DNA of 64,000 bases from Oikopleura dioica (GCA_907165135.1 OU015566.1:2914001-2978000); one strand, 5' to 3'. Positions 33,307-46,515 are shown, counted from the first letter of the stretch. Numbers and translations are program-made. The notes: a model not told the origin generated them from the sequence alone.

Positions 33307-35233
33307 ATGACTTGCGGGATTGGTTTTTAAATAAACTAAAGAGACACTTTAATATCTAAGAGAGCTCGATTAAAGGAACCATGAATAAAGGCTGCTTCTG
33401 GCTACTTTTGGCATCCTGATCGGCTCATGGTGGAACATGGGTTGGGCGGTAGGCGTCCTGAATCCTCTCGAAAACGCTTTGAACGAGCTTTTCAACGAAT
33501 GTGGCTCCGCAGCGTTCGACTCATGGGAATTGACGTGGTCGTTTACAACTGGGCTCTGGACGATTGGAGGTGCAGTCGGGTCAGTTGTTGGGGGACCAGT
33601 TTCGAATTTGAGAATAGTCGGCCGGAAAAGAGGGTTGTTTTTGACCTGTGGATTGATGGCTCTGGGCTCGTATTTGGAAGCGCATCCATTTTTCTTTGAA
33701 TATCCTTAAAACTACGAGGATGATTGCAGTGGATCGTATGATTTGATTCTTGCAGGGCGATTTATTTCAGGTAAAATTACTCTGAGCTTTTTCATTCTCA
33801 TTTTTCAGGAATCGCTTGTGGATTGACTACAGCGATTGCCCCTGTTTATCTCAATGAAATAGCACCTATCAACCTGAAGGGTCTTTTCGGCAATCTCAAC
33901 CAGTTTACGTGCGTTATTGGTATACTGTTCGTTTGGGTTGTTGGACTCAAGCAAGTTTCTGGCGCAATGGATTGTCAAGTACCACTTGATGAAAAATTCG
34001 AGTGCCGTGTCGGGGAAGAAGATATCGGAGCAATCAACCGGTAGGAACTTTGGATGAACCTAATTTCTCAAATTCAAGGTTTTCTTTGACTCTTGGTCTC
34101 CCGCTCGTTTTCTGTGCGATTCAAATCATCATTCTTCCATTTATTTGGGAGTCACCGGCTCACTTGGCGAAATTCTCTCCAGAAAGAGCCGCAAAAGCTG
34201 CTGACTATTATGCTGCGGAGATCGAAAAAGATACTGAAGAAGACAGACAAGGTAAAAATCGGAACAACTGGGCCAAAAACCCTCAAATTTTATCCCAGTT
34301 CACCCTCGACTCGGTTGCTGTGAACCACTTTTCATCAAGCCCCTGATTGCCGTCGTCATCCTTCATCTCTCCCAACAACTCACCGGAATCAACGCCATTT
34401 TCTTTTATTCAACCCGTTAGAAGTCCATCTTAAAATCTTATCCAACGACTTTTTTCCTAGAGATCTTCACTAGCGCCGGCGTTTCTGACCCGGAAGTAGC
34501 GACTTGTCTGATCGGTGTTGTCTCCATCATCTTTTGCGGCGCATCTCTTTGGCTTGTTGGCTGTGCTGGAGGAAAAACGCTGCATATGTATGGAATCGGA
34601 TTGATCGGCATTTGCGCTGGAGTGATTGCGCTTTTACTCGGCGTTTTCCAGGGCGATGATGATTTTGATAATCAAGCTGCTATATCTATCTGCTCAATCG
34701 TCTTTGTCTTGGTGAGGATAGGCAAAGAATGATGAGGCCTAAGTTTTTAGGTTTTTACGGCAATTTTCCAGAGCGGTCCAGGTCCGATTCCATGGGGAAT
34801 GGCGACTCAGTTATTTGATGATACTAATAGGTGCAAATTTAATTCAAAAATGAATAAAAAAATTTTGTATAATAGATCTCGAGCGACAGCGATTGGAAGT
34901 CTTGTAAATTGGGGGGCAAATACCGCCATCGCTTTTGGTTTTCCCCTGCTCGAGGTAATATCATACTCAAAATTTGACATTGACAAAAAATTTTATTAGG
35001 CAGTGATGGGAGGTCATGTCTTTTGGATCTTCTGCGGCTTTAATTTCTTTTTCTTTTTCATGGTCATGATCTTCGTCCCTGAAACCAAAGACAAAACTCT
35101 TCGCGAAATTCAGGCTTTCTTTGTCCCTTCAATTCTCAATGAGGAAGAAACTTTGCCAAAATACAACGAAGCTTTCAAGACTGAAGAAACCAAGGAGGAC
35201 AAAAACTTTGGGAGAAAAGAATATGCTTTTTAA
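33307..35233 (+). CDS. SLC2A/GLUT-like sugar porter, tandem copy 2, with an in-frame TAA at 33707-33709 (possible young pseudogene)
   Basis: Colinear with copy 1 and shares its intron positions. Reads FFEYP*NYEDDC where copy 1 has FFAYANDYNEC. Confidence 0.85.
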
Positions 35234-35376
35234 TACATTTTCTATCATATTAATAAACATACTTTTTTAGACAATATTCATAAAGATGTTTGAAATTAAA
35301 TCTCAAACTCGCGATAATCCTCTCTTGATCCCATTGACTGAGGTGGCGTAAGATAGTACTCAGAGATATTTGAAAA

Positions 35377-36698
35377 ATGTCGACTTATAAAAAATGGATT
35401 TGCGTAGAGGAAAGAATGGCCATTTTCAACAATCATTACACAAAACTCCAAAGGAAGATTCTGTTCGACGATATTTTCATTGACAGGTAAAGACTCTTCC
35501 CGATAATTTCAGGCCATCACATGACAGACGATTTTATTTTATAAAACTGCTTTTTTTGTTTAGACAATCTTGTATCGCAAAAGTCCCAATTTCTTATCGC
35601 ACGATGAATATGCTCAAAACGGGCGACGTCGTTTTCTACCTTGAAAAATGCGAAATCAAGCAGGCGACATACCTTTGTTCATCCCTCCGATCCCGACTGA
35701 GTCCTAGAGAAATCGTATCAGAACTTCTCGGCTCAGAAAGCGAGCTAAGAATGTACTGCAAACAGTATGGCATCTACAAAAGCGGAGAAAGAGCTAATGG
35801 CTTTGCTCTGGCAATCGATGTTCATCGGCATATCGTCAAAACGCTCGGAACTCATGAATGTTTATGGAAGCTCTCTCACGACCGGGCGCTAGCGATCAGA
35901 GCAGAAGCAAGAAAAGAAACCCCGAGCACAAGTACCAGCAGCCAGGAAATCAAGGAAGAGAACCAAGTCGAAGACGATGGAATTTCCGACATTTCCGAAG
36001 CCTCGCAAACAGAATCAGAAATGAACGAAAGGCCGAAAAATGTCCCAATCAGCATGGGAATCTTACCGATCGAGCTAGCTGGTGAATATGAGGGGCCAAC
36101 AGCTGGATTAGAGTTTACTTCCCGACCATCGATTCCACTTGTTCCTGTGCAAATGTGTCCGGAATTGCCAAGTACTTCAAAGAGCATCAGGCCGCCGGAT
36201 AGAAGCAAGCAGAGAAACGTACTGTCGTTACAGCAGAAGATCAAAATTATCCGTAAATCGATCTTTTTGATAACCTTAAAGAAAATTCTTTCTAGACCAA
36301 CATGAGAAAGAAGGTCTTTCTTATCGAAAACTCGCTGCGGAATATGGAGTTTCTGCCCCAGCAGTATTCTATCTCATCAAAAACAAGGAGCAAATCATGA
36401 GCGATTATGCAAGAGGATGTCCCCCTGATCGGAAAATTCGGAGACAAGAGTAATTATAAGAAAACATTTTTATTTATTCTTATAAAATTAAAGGCATTTT
36501 GACGCCTTGGATGACAAATGCGCAGAGTGGCTACGAGCTCAACCCTTTCCAGAGCATGTCCCAAAAGTCGCCATCCAAGAAGTTGCCCGTCAATTTGCAA
36601 AAGAACTTGGCCACAAAAATTTTAAAGCGTCCTATGATTGGCTTTCCAGATTCAGCGAAAGGAAGAACTTGAATCTTTCCAGAAGCAGTCTGAGATGA
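35377..36698 (+). CDS. Protein with C-terminal psq-type HTH + CENP-B/Tc5 HTH (pogo/Tigger-derived DNA-binding module), no DDE domain
   Basis: RNVLSLQQKIKII..SYRKLAAEYGVS..AVFYLIKNKE; LDDKCAEWL..IQEVARQFAKELGHKNFKASYDWLSRFSER; stop and AATAAA follow directly. Confidence 0.85.
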
Positions 36699-36786
36699 GT
36701 TTTTGTAACCTCATTTTTTTCTATTGTCTTTGTAAATAAATTAAAAAAATATTTTTTATGGGATTCTTTGTGTTCATTTATTCATC

Positions 36787-37073
36787 TCAGTGCAAATAAA
36801 AATCAATAAAATTGTTTAACTCTTCAGGTGTTCTTATTTTCAGCAAGATTTTGGACGCTTTTCTTTCTAGAACTTCGTTTTGATGATTATTCTGTTCGAT
36901 TTGGGCATAATGGAAAAATTTTCTCGCATCTAAGAATTTAAGTTTATGAGAAAAATAACTCTTCTTATCAAACCTTCGATTTCTTGCCCGATAAGAAGAC
37001 TATTTTCTGGAGAAAGATCCATTGCGTGGTATTTCCAAGCTGTTGAGATTGAAAGAAGATATAAAAAGAGCAT
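36787..37073 (-). CDS. Small secreted orphan protein (80 aa, 2 exons)
   Basis: MLFLYLLSISTA-WKYHAMDLSPENSLLIGQEIE|DARKFFHYAQIEQNNHQNEVLERKASKILLKIRTPEELNNFIDFYLH*. GT-AG intron 36930-36973. Confidence 0.55.
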
Positions 37074-37271
37074 GATTGGAACGTCAACTGTTGAATTGAA
37101 CACGAAAAAACAGTCTTTTATTGTGAATTCCGAGGACTCATTAAAATTTTATCGAATCAACTCGATTATCTGTCTCATTTGAACCTCTCTTGTATTTTTA
37201 TGTCAAATATTTCGCCGCCAGACGATCGTTTTAGAGCTTTCAAAGCAATTTTATTTACAGAAATATCGCAG

Positions 37272-39332
37272 TCAAAGGCACTGGACAGGATCACCAATCC
37301 AAAAGCATTTTCCATCGGAGCACGAGCATTTTCTCCAGGCATTTTTTGGGCGATCAAGCGTTCTGCCTAGCTTGCAATTGAGGAGGCAAAATGAGTTTTC
37401 TTCTGAACCATGGGTGCATTTCGGTCGCCGGAAGTTTTTGTCAAGTTGTTCTTCCAAATGAGCGCAGCTTTTTTCAGGATCAGAAAATTTTCTCTTACAA
37501 TGGATTTCTTTTATCAATATTCTGATCCCATCGCTGAGAAGATTGCTTATGACCGGTGGCGAAGGCTTTTTTCTCCGCCCTTCGAGTCGATTTGAAGTCT
37601 CGGGCTTTTGAACCGTGCCCCCAAGTTTGACACATCCGATTGACTGCTCACGGCTCCAGCGACATTCGCCAGATTTCTTGCAGCGGCATTTTTTCCAGTT
37701 TTGTTTCGGTGATTTGGTTTGAGAGACGTAGCCTTGTGGGCATTTCAAAAGACATTTTGATCGATCAGCGTAAATTCCTGAAGCGAAAAAATGATCTTTT
37801 TCTTCAAAAAAAAATTTTTTTCTTCTTGAAAAAATTCTTACCACTTTCACATTCGAATTCTCCGACAAAATTCTCTTGACTAATTTCTGGCGCATCGCAA
37901 AAACTCCCTGTTTCCATCACGATCCCTCTTTCTCCACCAGAACCAAAGACCGGTTGACATCGGATATTTTCTATGTCTGCATTCCATGCCAATCTTTTAG
38001 TGCATTTGACGGCTGATCTTGTTCCTGAGGGAAGAGAGAAGCCATTGTTGCAGATGATTTGGCAGCGGGAATTGGCAAAGTGGCCATTTGGGCAGTGGAA
38101 AAATCCGTTTTCGAGATTTTCTTTTTGCGATTCAAACAACTTTTTACCCTTTTAAAAAATTATGAAAAGATGAACCGAACCTGGAAGAGCGCATCCCTCC
38201 TCATTTTCCGCCAAACACTCCATTTTCAACAGAGAAGATCCTCCTTCCATTATCAATTCTTCCTCGTTTCCGATTCCGTTGAAAAGCTCCGTTTTCACGG
38301 CGACTCTAGAATTTTCCCACTTACAGAAATCACCATCCAAGCAGTTGCAGGTGACCTTGGCATTCGCTGGTTTATCAAGACGGTATCCTCTTCCGCAAGA
38401 AGCGTAGCACGTGACCCCGTGGAGAAAAACGTCACTTTCGCAAGACCAGTTGAAATTCGGGGAAAGATCGAAAAGGCGGCAACTTTCGAAATTCAGTGAT
38501 GAAATTTCTAGCTCCCGAGCTTGCTCGATGCTGGAGGTCGATGTTGTTGTTGTTGTTGTTGTCGATTTGTTGATGGTTTGATGAAGAGTTGTCGATTGGG
38601 CTATTAGAATTTGAGTTGTTGTTTGTAAAGCTGGTTTGGGGAGAGATTTCGATTCCCAGATGCACTCGTCACGTGGAAGCAGAATGTTCCAGTATTGTTG
38701 GTAACAGGAACATTTTGCTATTTCGGTTTCAAAAGAGGGGATAATTGACAGACATTTTAAACCATTTGTCTTTAATATTTTTGAGGTACCCGTTAATCAA
38801 GAATATGTTATGATAATTATTATTCAAATTTCTTTTAATAAAGTACTATAATAAAGTTATTTTGTCGTCGTAAGGTTAACTTATTTTCTAAGTTTGCGAA
38901 GTAAATGAAGCTATTACACTATATTTTTTATCTTTTACGTTTACAATTGATTTGAATAACTCAGATACATTATTAAATTAGATAAATTATGATTTTTTTA
39001 AACGTTTTAATCTAGAATCAACAAATTATATGATATAAAATTTATATCGGATTCTTTTAGTGCTGAATTAACGCTTCTCATTTTAAGAATTTCTGAATGA
39101 AATTAAATTTTGAAACCAAAGCTTCGAGGAGAAAGTCCTCATTTTCTCCGTTGCAAATTGTTCTATGAACCCAGTCCTCACCATCGCAGTCAAAATTTAT
39201 CCCCTCGGAAAAAGGCTCTATCAAGCAGATTTTTTGTTGTGGTTGTTGAATGTGCCTGGCTTTGGCGACATAATTGACGAGTTTGGCTAAAGATGATCCG
39301 GCGAGCAAAGAAGTTGCGAAGAGTTTTGCCAT
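37272..39332 (-). CDS. Secreted Sushi/CCP-like repeat protein with a Thr/Pro-rich linker
   Basis: Signal MAKLFATSLLAGSSLA. Repeated C..G...S.C...C..GY...C.C....C.W....C modules. Confidence 0.8.
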
Positions 39333-39453
39333 GAAAAATTGGCAAAATTGAGATTCTAGAGCTCTGTTTTAAAATTTCTCTTTTTGAAAGGTGAAAATCG
39401 TAGTTAACTTTTTCACGTTTGAATGAGGATTGGGATCTTTCTCGTTTTGGAAA

Positions 39454-41428
39454 ATGGGAAAAAAAGTGTATTTTGGCAGCGCCACCGAGGAGAAAGTGAA
39501 AAATGATCCAGCGAGACTAGTCGGATTTAACTGACGCAAGGAGAAGATCTTTTAGAAAGCTGCAAATTGAGTCAGATGGGAAATGCAGCCGGGAGGGGGA
39601 GACTATAAGTCTTTTCGAAGAAGTGAAGTAAGTTTATTTTAGAAGTTTCTGGAATTTATTATTTGACTAACTGACTGCCAGAAGCTCGATTTCTTGACTG
39701 AAGATGGAGTATCTGATGAATCATCAGTAATGATAAAAATATTGATTTGATTTCACGAATTTATGAGAAAGAAAATTCGATAAGCGAATTCTCAGCTTTC
39801 TTCCTGATCATTTTGAAATGAATGAAAGTTGAAGTCTAGAAAAAAATTCTTTCGCAACCGGCGCTTTTCGAGATTTCATTTTTTTTCATTTCCAGATTGC
39901 GAGGAAGCGCGTTTTTTGCGCTGACGCATTTCAGCATTTCGATTTTCGCGAATTCGGAAGATGAATTTTGAAGAATTTCTGGAGTGGATTCACAGGGAGC
40001 CAGAGAAACTGACAGGAGCGGCGAAGAGGAAGAAGAAAATGAGACCAGCGGACCACTTGCACAACAGATTGATTGATTTGCGGGAATGGGTTTCAATTTA
40101 AGATTTTCCGACTCAATTTTTTATTGATAATTTTCCATGAAACCCGAAAAGAAAGAGATGGAGAAAAGAAACGTCAGCGAAGAGGACAAAATGAGAGAAT
40201 ATCGGCGTCAATTCGACAATTATAGCGCTTGTTCGGAGCACTTCAGTAGAGTCTACAATTCGGCACCTGTTTTTCATCAACATCCAGATCCCGACGGTTT
40301 CGGTATGAGTGAAGGGTCCCTTTTTTTTAAAACTGATTTTAGTTCCGCCGCGAACGCCATCTCCGAAAAATAAGCGAAGACGAAAACATAAGAAAATGCA
40401 AAACTGCAAAATTGAAGCAACAATCGACATCACAGGAAATTCAAAAAACCCATTTTTCCTACCAAAATATGTTTTTTTATTGAATTTGAAAAGATGATCA
40501 GCCAAAAATCGAACCAGCTGCTGAAAAGAAGGCCGAACCAGAAAAAGAACCAAAGAAAGAAGAAAATGAACCGAAGAAAGAAATCAAAGAAAGAGGCCGA
40601 AAGCGGAATCTTCGAAAAAGGGATGAAAAACCGGAGGAACCAGAATTGACGGAAACAGAAAAGATCTTGAACAAAGTCCGAGAGCACTTTGCAAGTTTGA
40701 ATCCACGAAGAGAAGGAACGGGTTCCATTGACTCGATTTCTTGCTTTCATTTGCTGTCAGAGAATCGAGAAGCCGCGTGTGGCTTTGAGCCAAAACGAAG
40801 AAAAAGCCGCGTTCTGAGGTCGAAGTATCAAGCGGCTTCTAATTGCCGTTTTTTCGACTCAAAATGAGCCCCTAAAAAGAAAAACTCGACGAAAATATTC
40901 CCGAATTTTCTGGACTGGTCATAACTCCACAGCTTGAAGCGCGAGAAGACGAAATTCCCGGATTCGAAGCTGAGCTTGAAATGAGTCACGTGGTTTCGAA
41001 ACTTATTTTTTCAAATTTAAAAATTGATTACGAAATCACATGATAGAGAGGAAATCGAAGCAATGAAGAACGAAGTCGAAGATGACGGGTATGAAGTTCC
41101 CTCTCCTTCTGGAATCAATTCTCGAGCGTTTTTGGAGGAGGATTCCGAGTCTGATGAGGACGAAGTGGAAGAACCGGCTGGTGGAAAAATTGGGCCGCTG
41201 GAAGATCAGCCGGAAAATGAGCACATTTTGAGAGAGCTCAAAAGGATCGGGATTTCAAATATTTTTATTAGAATGAGACTTTAAATTTAAAAATTTTTAA
41301 TTTTGAAACGTCCAATTCGAAATCCTGAAAATAGAAACCAAGAACGGCTTTCTTTGATGGCAAATGAAGTGAAAGAAATCGAAGACATCAAGAACATCAG
41401 CCTTGAAGATAAACCAGAGCTTCCCTGA
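39454..41428 (+). CDS. Uncharacterised multi-exon Glu/Lys-rich protein (boundaries uncertain)
   Basis: Purine-rich charged reading frames at about 39900-40090, 40500-40760, 40920-40980, 41040-41245 and 41335-41428, separated by intron-like AT-rich spacers. Confidence 0.4.
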
Positions 41429-42059
41429 TTCTCGAGTCATTTTCCCTCGAACTACCAGTTATTTTTCACAAAAAAAACGAACCTGCCAAACAATAAAAAA
41501 ATCTCATTTTATGCTGTTTCGGATTTTGGTCTTTATTTCCAGCAGGAGTCAGCAATTTCCAGCGCCGGGGCGATGTTTTTGGGATGAGATTTCTGTAATT
41601 AAATATTGATCTCAAAAGTGGTTGAGTTTCTTGAACCTGGTTTTGGAAGCCAAATCAGCTTATTGCCAGATCTGTCAAGGGAAAATGTTTAATTGTCAGA
41701 ATTTCAAGGGATTTTTGGAAGGGCGCGAAATTTCTCGTTTTCAGGTTTTCTAGAGAAATAAAAGACTGTCTTTTGTTACATATTGCATATTTAAGGGTAT
41801 CAACAACGATTTTCCACCTTTGTTATTAACTTTAAGGGTATCTATTCCTTTTTCAAGTTTAACTTGAAGAAACAAAATTCGATTTAGAGGATAATCCACT
41901 AAGGTTATCATTTTTCAAAAAAATCGTAAACAAAATCAACCGCTCAAACTGACAATATTTATTTGCCACAGCTTTTCATTTTGCGCGCTGGGAAAAAAGT
42001 TGGACGAAACTGACAAACCCTTCCAGTCTGTTTTCATTTCCTCTCCTTTTTTCGAGACG

Positions 42060-42580
42060 ATGAGATTAATTCCGGTAAAATCATTTACTGTCTTTGAGAG
42101 ATTTAAAAATTTTTTAGACGATAGTGTTGGCGTTTGGCCTTGCCGAAGCTCTAGAAACTCATCGAGTTGCCCGAGCAGCTCATCACTTCGGACTTGGAGC
42201 TCATACAAACAAGCCTAAACCTTCGAAGGCGCCAAAGGAAATGCTCAAATTAATATGAAAAAAAAAAGAAATTTTTTTACCAAAGAAGTCGAATTTTAGC
42301 ATCTTCCGTAGCCCCCTAAACCATCAAAAGCCCCAAAACCACCAAGACCGCAAAATTCAAACAACAACAACAATAATCGACCAAACAACCAAGGCGGCGG
42401 CAACAACAACGATCCAAGATGTGATCCTACCTGGAGTCAGAAAAAATGCACAAGAGCTCGGTTAGATTTTATTTCTAACTTCCAAATTCTATTTATTTTA
42501 GCAAGCGATTCGAAAAACGGGAAGAACGACGACGAAGACGAGAGCAAAAGCTCGCAAACCGACCGGGCAAGGGAAAGTAA
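42060..42580 (+). CDS. Secreted basic prepro-peptide (4 exons) with a Pro/Lys repeat, poly-Asn, one Cys pair and an Arg-rich helix
   Basis: MRLIP|TIVLAFGLAEA-LETHRVAR-AAHHFGLGAHTNKPKPSKAPK|PPKPSKAPKPPRPQNSNNNNNNRPNNQGGGNNNDPRCDPTWSQKKCTRAR|KRFEKREERRRRREQKLANRPGKGK*. Introns 42075-42117, 42238-42311 (GA-AG) and 42461-42501. Confidence 0.75.
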
Positions 42581-42685
42581 ACTGATTTCTCTACTGATGA
42601 ATAAACATGAAATTCAAATTTCGAATCTTTTTTTTTTCTAAAACGGGCAGGCAGTCATTCGGGGAAATTTGATAACCAAGCGTGC

Positions 42686-42978
42686 ATCAAAAGAAGGATA
42701 AGTCGAATTCAAGATTCGGGGAGAGATTTTTGCAAGGAAAGCAGATTTTTCGGGAACATCGATTTTCATCAGAATCTTTATTTTATATTTTATATTTTTC
42801 TCACTTAAAAAAAGAGCATTTTACGAGCATCAAAAAGATCACCATGTTTCTCAGGCAGAAATGCGGAAACATCAAATTTTTGATATAGCGGCTTCTCTAG
42901 AAGTTTTTCTGACTCTTCCCAAAGATATCGCGGTAAAAGACTGCTGCAGGAAACCGTTGCAAAAAGAAAAAAATTCAT
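42686..42978 (-). CDS. Possible small secreted Cys-containing protein
   Basis: MNFFLFATVSC-SSLLPRYLWEESEKLL...DLFDA|HSDENRCSRKICFPCK... 3' end unresolved. Confidence 0.35.
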
Positions 42979-43205
42979 ACTTTTTCGAACGACTTGTCTC
43001 ATTCAAGAAGTTATTGACAATAACTGAACTTATATTTCGATTTGTTTATAATATTAATTGTTAAAGATGGCCACGCCTCTTCAAAATGCACAAGAGTGCT
43101 TGAAATTAATAAAAAATAAGAGACCTAATACCTGTTTGCAACCGCAAGTTCAAGTTTCAAATAATTTAATTTCGAGAAAAAAAAAGCAGGCAGCGTGAGA
43201 ATTCT

Positions 43206-44350
43206 TCAATCTGAATCATTTTTTTCCAGACTCCCGACGGATGTCCAGCTCCTTACTCTCTATTGTCTATCAGACAGCGACGAGACTTCAGTTGCATTCA
43301 GTATCGTGGAGATCGGACACAGTATCGTCTTCAGGATGCATGAAAGCATTGTAGAAAGTGAACGCGGAAAAGCCAAGGAAGAGAATTCCTCCAGCAATAT
43401 TCACTGAAAAAATAATTTAGAAGGAAAAGAAGAACTTACAGTAAGTTATTTTAATTTTCGAGACGACGAATTTTCCCAGAATGACTGCCAGACCCACGCA
43501 AGCAGCATATCCAAGGGAGCATCCGATGAAAACCATAAGTTGAGCACTCGGCTAAAAAATTATTGGTAAATAAGTCTTTTTGACTAGAAAATTTACATTT
43601 GTCGCGGCCAAACTGATCGTTCCAAGCTGAGATTTGTCGCCCCATTCGCCGAGAAAAGTCAGCAAAAAAGCCTTCAGGAAGACTTTGTTGACGCAGATTC
43701 CGAGAGTATTTTCGGTCTTCTTCAAACAGCCAACATTTTGATTAGCTGTGTCGGATGTTTGCGAAGCCGCTTGAGATGGGCGACGAGAATTGCTGATCAT
43801 TTCCACGGAAACTTCTGGGTCATTTGGATCTTCGCTTGTTGAAGACTTTCGGAAACGAACTGTAATTGACGAATCATCGTTGCCTCCCTCGCTCAACTCA
43901 TCCGCCGCGTCCTTCATTTCATCCGATGCCTTCAAGCCCCTATTCTTGTACCCTTCGTAAAACATCTGAAGTCCAAAAATGGCAAAAAGCGCTCCAGCCG
44001 CGTATTGAACGTAATTTTGCGGAATGACGGAGTGTTCGAAAATCATCGCCAACGCGACAGAAATGCCAGTCATGCAGACAAGCCCAAGCCAGCAACCCAT
44101 GAAGACAAGGACACGACTGTACTTCATCGCCAAAATACAGGCGACGAAGAAGGTTTTGTCGGCGAATTCGGCCATGAGGATCATTCCAAAGGAGAGAAAT
44201 AGCGCCTCGAAAGCGTTGGCTTAAAAGACGATCAGACTTTCAAGACTGGACTTTGATTGGCTGTCAGTACTTTATAGCTTTTCTTATTGGTCTATTTCAA
44301 AACTTACGCTCTTCGAAATCGTCATCGCAACCGGGGAGCAAAACCGCTTC
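43206..44350 (-). CDS. TMEM165: GDT1/UPF0016 Golgi cation (Ca/Mn) transporter
   Basis: Two E-x-G/A-D-K-[TS] motifs (EFADKTFF, EWGDKSQL) separated by an acidic loop; GHALC-like GYAAC. 5' end lies further upstream and is unresolved. Confidence 0.9.
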
Positions 44351-44870
44351 TCTAGGAAATCTGGGGCGATTTTCATCCAAAAACACCATTCTTTTTTGCC
44401 CTCTTTTTGCAAGGCACTTGTTTGACCTTCTGAAATTTTGAAATCCCACCCGCCGGAGCAGACCCGTGAGCAAACATCAAATAGTCTTATCTCCTGCTCA
44501 AAATGCTGAATGTTATCTGAAGTCAAACTATCGTATGTTGCATTTTTCTGATGTAACAGTCGACTCAGAATATTCAAAATAAATATAAAATATTTGATAT
44601 GAAATAAATATTTAAAAAAAAAATCTAAAAATCAAAAGAAAAAATTTTATTTTAAAAAAATTAAGAAAAAATTTTAATTTTGAAATAAATTTTTTTATTT
44701 TAAAAATCCGGCTATTTCGCTCTACGACCGTGACGCTGATCGGTTATCCCATTAAATACCTTTTTTATGCGGCAATTCATAGTCAACGAGCAAAGCAAAA
44801 CAAAAGAATTTTACATTGCTCGACAATTATTCTTGTCGCCGATCCGTTTCAAATTGACAAGAGAAAATGA

Positions 44871-46515
44871 ATGGATACGGCAATTATGAACATGCTTAGA
44901 GCAAGCGTATTTTCAGCAGTGTTTCTGATTTTGATCGGATTTGCCGTTTTACAACTCGGCAATGAGGATAAAAAGCTGACAAGAAATCATAAATTAAACG
45001 GAAAACAAAATTGGAAGATAAATAAAAATAAACAAAAAATCGAAGAAACCAAAGAAAAGAGAGCAAAAAATGAGAAAATTAAAAAAGAAAAAGAAGAAAA
45101 AAGGCAATGATTTCAAAATAAAGGGAAAAAAATTATTGCTAATGATAAAAATTTTTAAAATCGTCAAAAAGACAACAACAGAAAAAGCTCCAAAAACAAA
45201 GCGAAACGCTCAAACTCAGACCGAAAGAAAAAGTCCTCTTCAATCCCGTGCCCCGATCGTCTCTAAATGCGGCAAAAGAAATGAACGAGCGGCGCGCCGC
45301 CAACTTAGATAAATTCATTGAAAGTGGGAAAAAAGTTCGACTGCCAGATGTGATCATCGTTGGCGAGAAAAAATGCGGCACGAAGACGCTCATGACGTTT
45401 TTGCTGGAACATCCGCAGATTTGCGGATTTCGACAAGAGGTGCATTTTGTTAATACTGGAGGAAAGGGATCAACAAATGAACAAGCATTTACCCTTACCC
45501 CTCGCGGCCTCGCCCTTATCCTAACCTTAAACACAAGCAATAATAGTCTTCTTATAATAAAACAAGTAATGGGAACCTAACGACCGGACTCTTTCCTATG
45601 AGTTTCCTATTTGGGAATTTTTATGAATATCGTCTTTTATTGCTGGCACTATTCTTACCTCCTTGACCTTTCATCTTACATTATCCCAACAACAGAAATC
45701 GTGAAAGACCTAAAAGCCTTGCTTGGCCACTATTCTTCCATCAAAAACAACAAGTCGCAATTTCTCATCGCGAAAACAGGTTTCGCTCTTTTCAAAGCCT
45801 ACCTGCCAACCGTTCCGCAGAACAAATTGAAGATGATAGAAGAAAAATATCTGACTGAGACGTTCGAAAACTGGAAGAATCGAGTCGTTTTTGTAGATAT
45901 TGTTTGTGACCCGGTGAAGAGGCTTTTGTCCGATTTTCAGCACTACAAAGCTGAGCATCCGAATGCGTTGAAAATGAATGATCATAAATTTGGAAACAAA
46001 TCGGAATTTTCAGTAAGTTCTTTTTCGTTTTTTCAACCCTAGCCCTCCCCCTTTTCAAGGAAATCAGCTTCAACCAATTCGTCAACACTCGCATCAAAAA
46101 ACACATCAACCAAACCGACATCGCTCGAAGCATCATACGAACATCGACTTACAAGTTTCCCAGAACCCTTCTCAAAAGTTTTCCTTCCCAACTAGTCATT
46201 CTCGACGGCGGTGTTCTTCAAAAAGAACCGTGGAAAGAGATGAAACGGCTAAAAGAAAAGCTGAAATGGAAGGGTTTATTTTACGAAGGAAGATTTGGAA
46301 AAAGGGAAGATGGATTTTGGTGCGTCAAGAAGGATGTTCATTTAAATACGAAGGAAAACTTGGTTTGCATGCCGGAATCAAAGGGTCGATCGAAACATGG
46401 GAAAGAAACCATCTCTCCCGCGAACGAGAAATTTTTGTACAAAGCATATGAACTATCCAGCAGAGCACTGGGAAAAGCAACAGGGAGGAATTTTTCTTGG
46501 TTCGACAAGTTCTAG
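44871..46515 (+). CDS. Heparan-sulfate 3-O-sulfotransferase-like type II Golgi sulfotransferase (copy 1)
   Basis: N-terminal TM and stem, RLPDVIIVGEKKCGT (5'-PSB), DPVKRLLSDF (3'-PB), GFWC...CMPESKGRSKH. Confidence 0.85.
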
